From: the human T2T-CHM13v2.0 reference genome, Homo sapiens
Direction: 5' to 3' (one strand)
Length of the DNA stretch: 64,000 bases
Assembly (NCBI RefSeq): GCF_009914755.1
Contig: NC_060927.1
The position numbers were made by a program, and so were the translations under genes. The notes under the pieces are model-generated. The model was given only the letters and a program-made list of their open reading frames with translations. It ran no database searches and was not told the origin of the DNA. Position 1 is the stretch's first letter. Each line of letters opens with the position of its first letter. This document shows, piece after piece, positions 57,238 through 64,000 of this stretch.

Positions 57238-57480
57238 TAGAGGCAGTATAACATGTTCGAGCACAGGGGTTCAGATTTTATACTGCCCTCATTTATCTTA
57301 GAGCTCTGCTGTTACTGCCTGTGTGATTTTGGCTCTCAGTTTCCTCATCTGTATGTAAAGAATACAAAGCACCTGCCCCACTGGGTTGTTGTACAAATCC
57401 AAAGAGATAATGTAGTTCAAGCACTTATGCATGGTATCTAGAACCTAGTGTATGTTTAATTGATACAAGCTCCTATTTTA
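57238..57480 (+). mobile_element. MIR SINE
   Basis: gaggcagtataac head; ctcagtttcctcatctgta core. Confidence 0.8.
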
Positions 57481-57582
57481 TCGTAAGTCATAAAATGATG
57501 TTTGGCATTTATGACACTTTTATTACACATTAATAACCGATCTCAGGGAAAAAACATTTGTTTTTGTTTTTTTCTGAAATGA

Positions 57583-57897
57583 TGGCTCACACCTTTAATC
57601 CTAGTGCTTTGGGAGGCCGAGGTGGAAGCATCTCTTGAGCCCTGGAGTTTGAAACCATCCTGGACAACATAGCAAGACCAGTCTTTACAAGAAAATCAAG
57701 AAATTATCCAGGCATGATGGTGCATGCTTGTAGTCTTAGCTAGTCAGGAGGCAGAAGTGGGAAAATCGCTTGACCCCAGGAGTTCGAGCTATGATGGAAA
57801 TTGAGCCCACAATGAGCTATGATCTCACCACTGCATTCCAGTCTGGGCAACAGAGAAAGACCCTGTGTCTTAAAACAAAAACAAAAAAACAAAAAAC
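57583..57897 (+). mobile_element. AluJ SINE, 5'-clipped, with an internal GAGCTATGAT duplication
   Basis: caacatagcaagacc; cttgagccctggag; A-rich tail. Confidence 0.88.
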
Positions 57898-59929
57898 CAC
57901 AATGTCTTTGTGTACACATGGTCCTTAAAATATCACTACAGTATATGGTATGGTTGCAGATACCACAGCAGTTTTGCTTTGCTGCTTTTTATAATACATG
58001 GCCCAATGATACTGATTTTAAATCATTTTCCCCCAATTTACCATGACTATTTGAGCTGAAGATTCTCTTTCTTGAAAAAGTAAAGCAATGTAACTCTGAC
58101 AAAATTAGTACAGGATTATGCATGTTGACGGGTTTGAAGTAAAAAGCACAAATATGTTAAAATAATCAGGTTGTATTGAGAAAGGGAATGGCTTTATGAC
58201 GACTTATGGTAGTTTGCTTTTTCAGAGACATAAATGGATTGAAGCATAAATCTAGTCAAGATGGAACCAGAAAAAGTGAAGAAAATGTTAAAATTATCCA
58301 ATTCAGCTTCTTATTCCCATTTCATATGCAACCAATCAACATCATTTAATTTATGGAAACCAACCGCACTATTTTAAGAAATGCCTCTATTCATAAAAGT
58401 GCTCTTGATTGCCATCACAACACAGTTTTGGAAATTACAGTTTGTTCTGCCCTTGGAGCTTCCCAGCTTGGCCACAAACCTTAGCACAGAGTCCTGCTTT
58501 GTCCTGCATGGGTGATCACCATGTCATATGTCTGCTTTTCAGGGGGTGACCTCCAAAATTAGTCCTATATTAAATATGGACATTGAAGGAAGTAATTTTT
58601 TTCCCCATAAAGCACTGCAATAAACATATCAATGCTATTTCCAGCCAGACAGATACATATAAAAGATGAAAAAGATATGTTACCTGCATTGGGAGAGACT
58701 TAGTTTCTTTTAAAATGACAGAAATCTGAAAAATAATCATACTCTGAGACTTTATAATGACTGCTGGCAAGAATTGGATTGGTGGAAATCCGGGCAGCTG
58801 GGAAACTGCTGGCTTCCCAACTTTCCAGAGAAACTTTGAGTGCCTACCTAGAACTTAGGAAGGAAACCATTACTCCACCCTTTTACCCACCAAGCTCAGA
58901 AGACCCAACTCAAGCAGCATGCAGACTTAGTGCCAGGCATTCCAGGAAAACGTTGAGTCAGTTGCAATCTGAATCCTGGAAGGTGAGGAAACATCTTATT
59001 TCAACTGAAGTCACTCCGCAGCTGCCAAATGTTTTCCTGTTTCCAAGTTGAAGCCAAGTTTGAATCCATTAAAGAACAGAGGTAAAAGTTTCCTTCTCCT
59101 TAGAGTGATCTGCCAAACCCGCCTTACCTTCATTCCCAGTCACATAGGCTTTAAAAGGAGGGATAAAGATTCCATAAAAATTGAACTTCGTAAGCATTCA
59201 TTCATGTATAAATATTCTCATAATATACCTCCTAACCATCTCCCAAATATTTTCTTTGATTCAGTTCTAATAAATTTGTTACAATGTAACAAGATAGATC
59301 AAAATTGACTTTCGGAAAAGACTTAAAAATAATTTGATAGCAGACCCCAATAGTCGGTAAGGTACTAAGGATATCACCTAATTAACTTTATAAATAAGAA
59401 GCAAAGGAAATGATTCCAATTTTAAGGTCAGAGACTTCCTAAGTCTTCCCAAGGTTCACATTTTTCAGATGCAGGCATTTTACGTGCTTTTGCCGTTCTC
59501 GTTGACAGTTAATATATGAAATGATCCAAAGGAGGACAATCAGGAAGGATGACATGAGACTTTTACAGGGCATACTGAAGTGGAAAGTTCCTAAACCAGC
59601 GGTGCTAAAGATTTTTGGCCTTCTGTGACAAAATCATTCACACAATCTTTGTCTGAATCCAGTCCTCTTAAACAAGAATACTTAGCAACATTTTTCTTTT
59701 CCTTCACTGATGGCTATAGAAACACACACATATTCATTAAAAATGAATGACTCAAGAGAATAATGTTCCTTGCTTACATTAGAAGAAAGAGTCTTAATTT
59801 GACCATAACTTTAGTCCTTGGCAAATAGCAAAGTGTTCAGAACTTACTTTTTTGCCATTTTGATGACTGGTTGAGACACAAAAAAAGTCATATAGCTCCT
59901 ATTCCTGTGCTGTTCAAGATCATGGACTC

Positions 59930-60078
59930 CAGTTAAATGTGACTATTCAAATTGAATTAAAACTAAAACTTTAGTTTTATATTTTACATGTTCAACAGTA
60001 GCACACAGTGAGTATCTACCACATCAGACAAAAATAGAATACTTTTATCATCACAGAAAGTTCTATTAGTCAGTGCTG
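59930..60078. mobile_element. MER3/MER33-like hAT MITE fragment
   Basis: catcacagaaagttctatt.g.cagtgctg terminus. Confidence 0.6.
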
Positions 60079-60199
60079 CCAAAGTAGTCAAAGCGATTTG
60101 AAATTATCATTCAAATTACCCCTCCTTTCAGGTTTCTTAAAGCTAACATTTTATTTAAATCTTACTTTTGGTTAGGTACTCTTCACTTTGTATCTCCAC

Positions 60200-60370
60200 T
60201 TAATTTTCAGAACTGCCCTGCCTGTGAGATAAATGATATAATTCCCATTTTACAGATGAGGAAACTATTAATAAAATTGAGGGAGGTTACACAAATCACC
60301 CAAGGTCACATACCTAGGATTCAACACCAGGTCTGCCAAGTCCAAAGCTCTTGTTCTAAGTAAACTATAA
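60200..60370 (-). mobile_element. MIR fragment
   Basis: cccattttacagatgaggaaact; cccaaggtcaca. Confidence 0.8.
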
Positions 60371-61453
60371 GAATTCTGAAATTTATATCTACTGGTCCAA
60401 GATATGTCAGAGGCAGAGGTTGTAGAACAAACCCACACAGAAGCCCCTCATATGTGTCCTTTGGGTGAAAACATGACAGAATGAGGAAGAAAAGGAATTA
60501 ACATGGATTGAGAGCTGCTACTGTGCCAGAAACTATGCTACATGTGTTATCACAATCTTCGCAAAAAGTCCATATAATGTAAACCCAGAACACAAATAGG
60601 AAAAATGATAGTCATTAAATTTAAGTAATAAAATGGCTTACTTATGTAGAGGATGGAATGTCATCTCTTAAGATAATATTTGGTTCTGATCTGTGACATT
60701 TCCTTTTGCTCCTTGTGGGATGTTCCTGTCTGATTTCAGGTAGAGATCCCCAGAGGCTATGTCAGGATAAAGCGTTGAGGAGCTTTATGGCTTTGTTGCC
60801 ATTACTATATGGGTGGCCAGCCTTGGCTACTGCAGTTCATTTCTCCTCTGAAGGCATGGCTGAGTAGGTAATGCAAGTGCCTATCATCTTTGGTTGAGAT
60901 GCCTGAATGTGATGGGAAGTGCAAAGATGGAACCTGAGAAGTGAGTTCAAAATGGATGAAAATGCTAGAAAACCTAAGATTAATATTTGAAGGCAGAATA
61001 GGGAAAGAGAACCAAGGAGAAAGAGCAGCAGGCAAGTGTGTTAGAATTTATAAGTAGGCAGGGATCTCACTGAGTGTCAGAGCCAGAGGCCAAGGCAATG
61101 CACATCAATGTGTGGTCCTGATAAGCCTGTAGAAAAGAACTGGGTATTGAGGGGCTTAGGGAAAAGATTGTCAGTTAGGGATTTGGTGCCTATCAATGAT
61201 GAGATTTTCAATGTTTTACAGTGAAAAATATAAAACTTTTTTTTGGACAATTTAGGGAGGTGTTTTTTTTTTTCTCCTACACAACTAAATAACTATAATT
61301 ACAAGATTGTTTTCCCCACTAAGATTATGTCTTTTGGTGTTAAATATATTTTTAAATGAGATGACATTAATGGTATTTGCTAGGCTATTTGTTTCAATGT
61401 CTTTACTTGGCAAAATTAAATACTGGCAACCTTATGCTGGTTCAAAGAGGTGT

Positions 61454-61456
<3 letters not shown>

Positions 61457-61505
<49 letters not shown>
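61457..61505. repeat. (GT)24 microsatellite
   Basis: Perfect run. Confidence 0.98.
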
Positions 61506-61508
<3 letters not shown>

Positions 61509-62864
61509 TACTACTGGTTTGTGAAGGTCAACCACTATGCTATGGGACAACTAATGAGAAAGCTCAGCCCAGCCTCTGTACTCTAAGACCTCCACATGCT
61601 TCAATTTACACTGGGTCCAGAACCTTGTTAAGAGTGATCCTTTATTATGTCATTTTTTAAATAAGAGAAGCTGAACGTTCATAAGGCGAAAAAAGATGCT
61701 GTGAAAATCAGGTCTATTAATCAGATCAAGTGTCTATTTCTCACCATCTATCTCATTCCCATCCCTGAAATTCTATACTCCTCCTTCCTTTATTGGGGCT
61801 GCTATGCTATATAAATCTGAGTTATCACAAACAGCAGAATCAGAATAAAGGAAAAGTGAAATGCAGAAAAAAAGTTCAAAACAGTTGCCTTAGGCAATGT
61901 GCAATAGTATGTCTACATGATTTTCCCATGAAACATAGCAAAATGTGTGCAGCTGGAGTAAGCTTTACCCAGGAATTATCTACTGTTCTGGAGTGGAAGG
62001 AAATTTTCTATTAAAGTTCATCGTCCCAGTCACTTATAAGGAAAGAGGTCTGCTGGTCATCTAAGTGCCTTTGAATGAAGCAACAATAAGGGTAGATTTT
62101 GATTTATACTACAAATATAATCTTATCTAGAGTTTATCTTAAATTTTGTTGTGCTGACAAAAGCAGAGCAGACTAATAAAAAATGTCAAGTGCCTTCTTT
62201 GTGAATATATTAATAATCTTTTGTCTGAGATTTGCAAGACAAAATTGAGCAATGCTTGAATGAGTTTACTACTGACATCAACAACTGCTTTTTCCATTCT
62301 GCCCTAACTCTACGGACAAAGGCCTGTTTAATGGCTGCTACTGATTGTTAAAAGTTTCAAAAGCATGGAGGGTGGTGACACATATAGGAAACCTGGAGCT
62401 AAAATTGAGTAAAAGGCTGTTGCAAAAAGTCTTCACTCTGACACCATGGGCTTTAAGGTGGCATTTCATTGTCAGATGGGATTCAGTTTAATTGCTCACA
62501 AGCAACAATCTTGCTTTTCAAAAAGGCAAGTAGCATTAACTGAGGAAGGTTGTGTGGTTCTAGGGAGAAAACATTAACTAACTGGCAGTGGAAAACAAGG
62601 AGGATTTAGTCCTTAGTCTGCCACTAACTGATTGTGTTACCTTAGGCAAGTCATTTTTATTCATTTCCTAAAGGGTACTCTTGGAGAAAAAGGATTTGTA
62701 GTAGTTTATATGAAAAATCTAGATTTTAAAAAAATCTATAAGGTAAGAAAAAAAAGGTAGTCGCTTAATGTCTCCAGGTCTTGATTTACTCCCTGCCTAA
62801 AAAAGACAAGTGAGTTTGTCAATTGTTGCTAAATTCCATTTTGTGGCTTACTGCCTGGCTGCCA

Positions 62865-63018
62865 GCAGTGGAATAAACTGAAACCTTCTTTAAAATACAG
62901 ATTCCCTAGAACTGCAAAATTCTGGCTTGGTAAGTCTAGGAAGGGGCCAGGGAATCTGAATTGTGATAAGCACTCCTGGTGATTCTGACACATAAACAAA
63001 AGTGGGAATAGAAGCACT
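62865..63018. mobile_element. MER5A-like hAT MITE
   Basis: ttaaaatacagattcc; ggggccagggaatctg; aagcactcctggtgattctga. Confidence 0.7.
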
Positions 63019-64000
63019 ATTAATAATGATAATAATAGCTAAATTTCTGTAGCACTTACTATGTGCCAGTGACTCTACTAAAATAATATATATACATGCT
63101 TCCTTAAATGTGACCTAAAATATCCTTTCCAACTCCATGTTTTATGACTCCATGTACCTTTTCACTTACATTTTGCCTGGGAAATGACTATTAAGGGCAA
63201 GACCAACAATTTTTTACAAAAGAAAATCCCTCTGGCAACCAATACTGACCATTACAATGAACAGATAATTAGTAAGGTTTGGTTGGCTAAAATGCAGAGG
63301 ATCAGGCCTTTTTTTAAAAAAAATTGTGATCTGTTGATCTGTTCCCAGTCAACTCTGGGATAAGTGGGTCTGACATTTTGGGGAGGTGCACCCTTCTCTT
63401 TTCTTGAAGACTTTCTAAAAGTTGTGGTGGGTCAAAATCATTTGCTTTGTGCAGGAGAGACAAAAATGTGCGGTATTCTGTATGAGGCCTCTTCTGGCCA
63501 CACCTGCCTATAATTTCAGGTGGAGGTTGGGGCCTACAGAAGCTGATCCTCCCTGCATAGCATTCTATAAAAATTGACTTCTCATGTCCATGTTTTTCTC
63601 CAGGCTTATTTGTCTATTACCAGGTAAGAAAGTTCATCCTTAAAGCATAAGAAAAAATGAACACATATATTTTATGTTTCCTTGTTCACTTTGAGAATGA
63701 AAAGAATAAAGACATGAAAAATGACTACTTGCCCAAGTAATGGGAACTGCTGTCCATGACAGCTTAATCAGGCACATACTCTTGTCTGCCCATGTAGAGT
63801 TTCTTTTTCTTCTTCTTTTTTTAACCCAATCAGCATTTCCTCAGGCTTCCTTCTAGGAAAGGTGGCCTCAAATTCCACCAAAAGATGGGGAGCCTCCCCT
63901 TTGGGCTACTCTTTTAAGCTCTGTTTGCCACTGGTTCCCATGGTTTACCAGAGAATGGAATCTAAGATGCAATACACATCACAAACTCATCTGGGTTTTT

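Noticed and set aside
59945-59979. Two abutting short inverted repeats (ATTCAA/TTGAAT; TAAAACTAAA/TTTAGTTTTA)
   Set aside because: Very AT-rich and inside a probable hAT MITE remnant, a class that is naturally palindromic.
60600-61200. Possible ancient LTR-like segment
   Set aside because: Composition is suggestive, but I could not recognise termini or a family.
55676-61660. ORFs with CVCVCV or HTHTHT runs
   Set aside because: Translations of (TG)n or (CA)n microsatellites.

Overview
AT-rich, CpG-depleted human genomic DNA that is intergenic or deep intronic. A human-specific AluYb8 at 36689-37001 fixes the species. I see no CpG island and no supportable cellular protein-coding exon. Nearly all ORFs in the track come from repeats or are chance ORFs; the only real protein homology is a truncated L1 ORF2p endonuclease domain (3098-3736, minus). 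Much of the window is interspersed repeats: about 14 Alus, L1 fragments from L1PA3 to L1ME, L2, MIR, and solo LTRs (MER21C, MER34/39-like, MER41A, MER66-like, THE1, MSTB, MLT1, ERVL). There are also hAT MITEs. Subfamily calls come from recalled consensus motifs and old-repeat boundaries are approximate. I found no convincing new biological system. The most notable items are retrotransposition mechanism footprints: a twin-primed, 5'-inverted L1PA3 with an unusually large (~3 kb) gap and a split tail; a tailless 35-nt U2 snRNA retrocopy with direct repeats; and a near-consensus AluYb8. Weaker leads are candidate recursive-splice or microexon motifs, short tandem duplications, a (TG)n cluster and several candidate enhancers.
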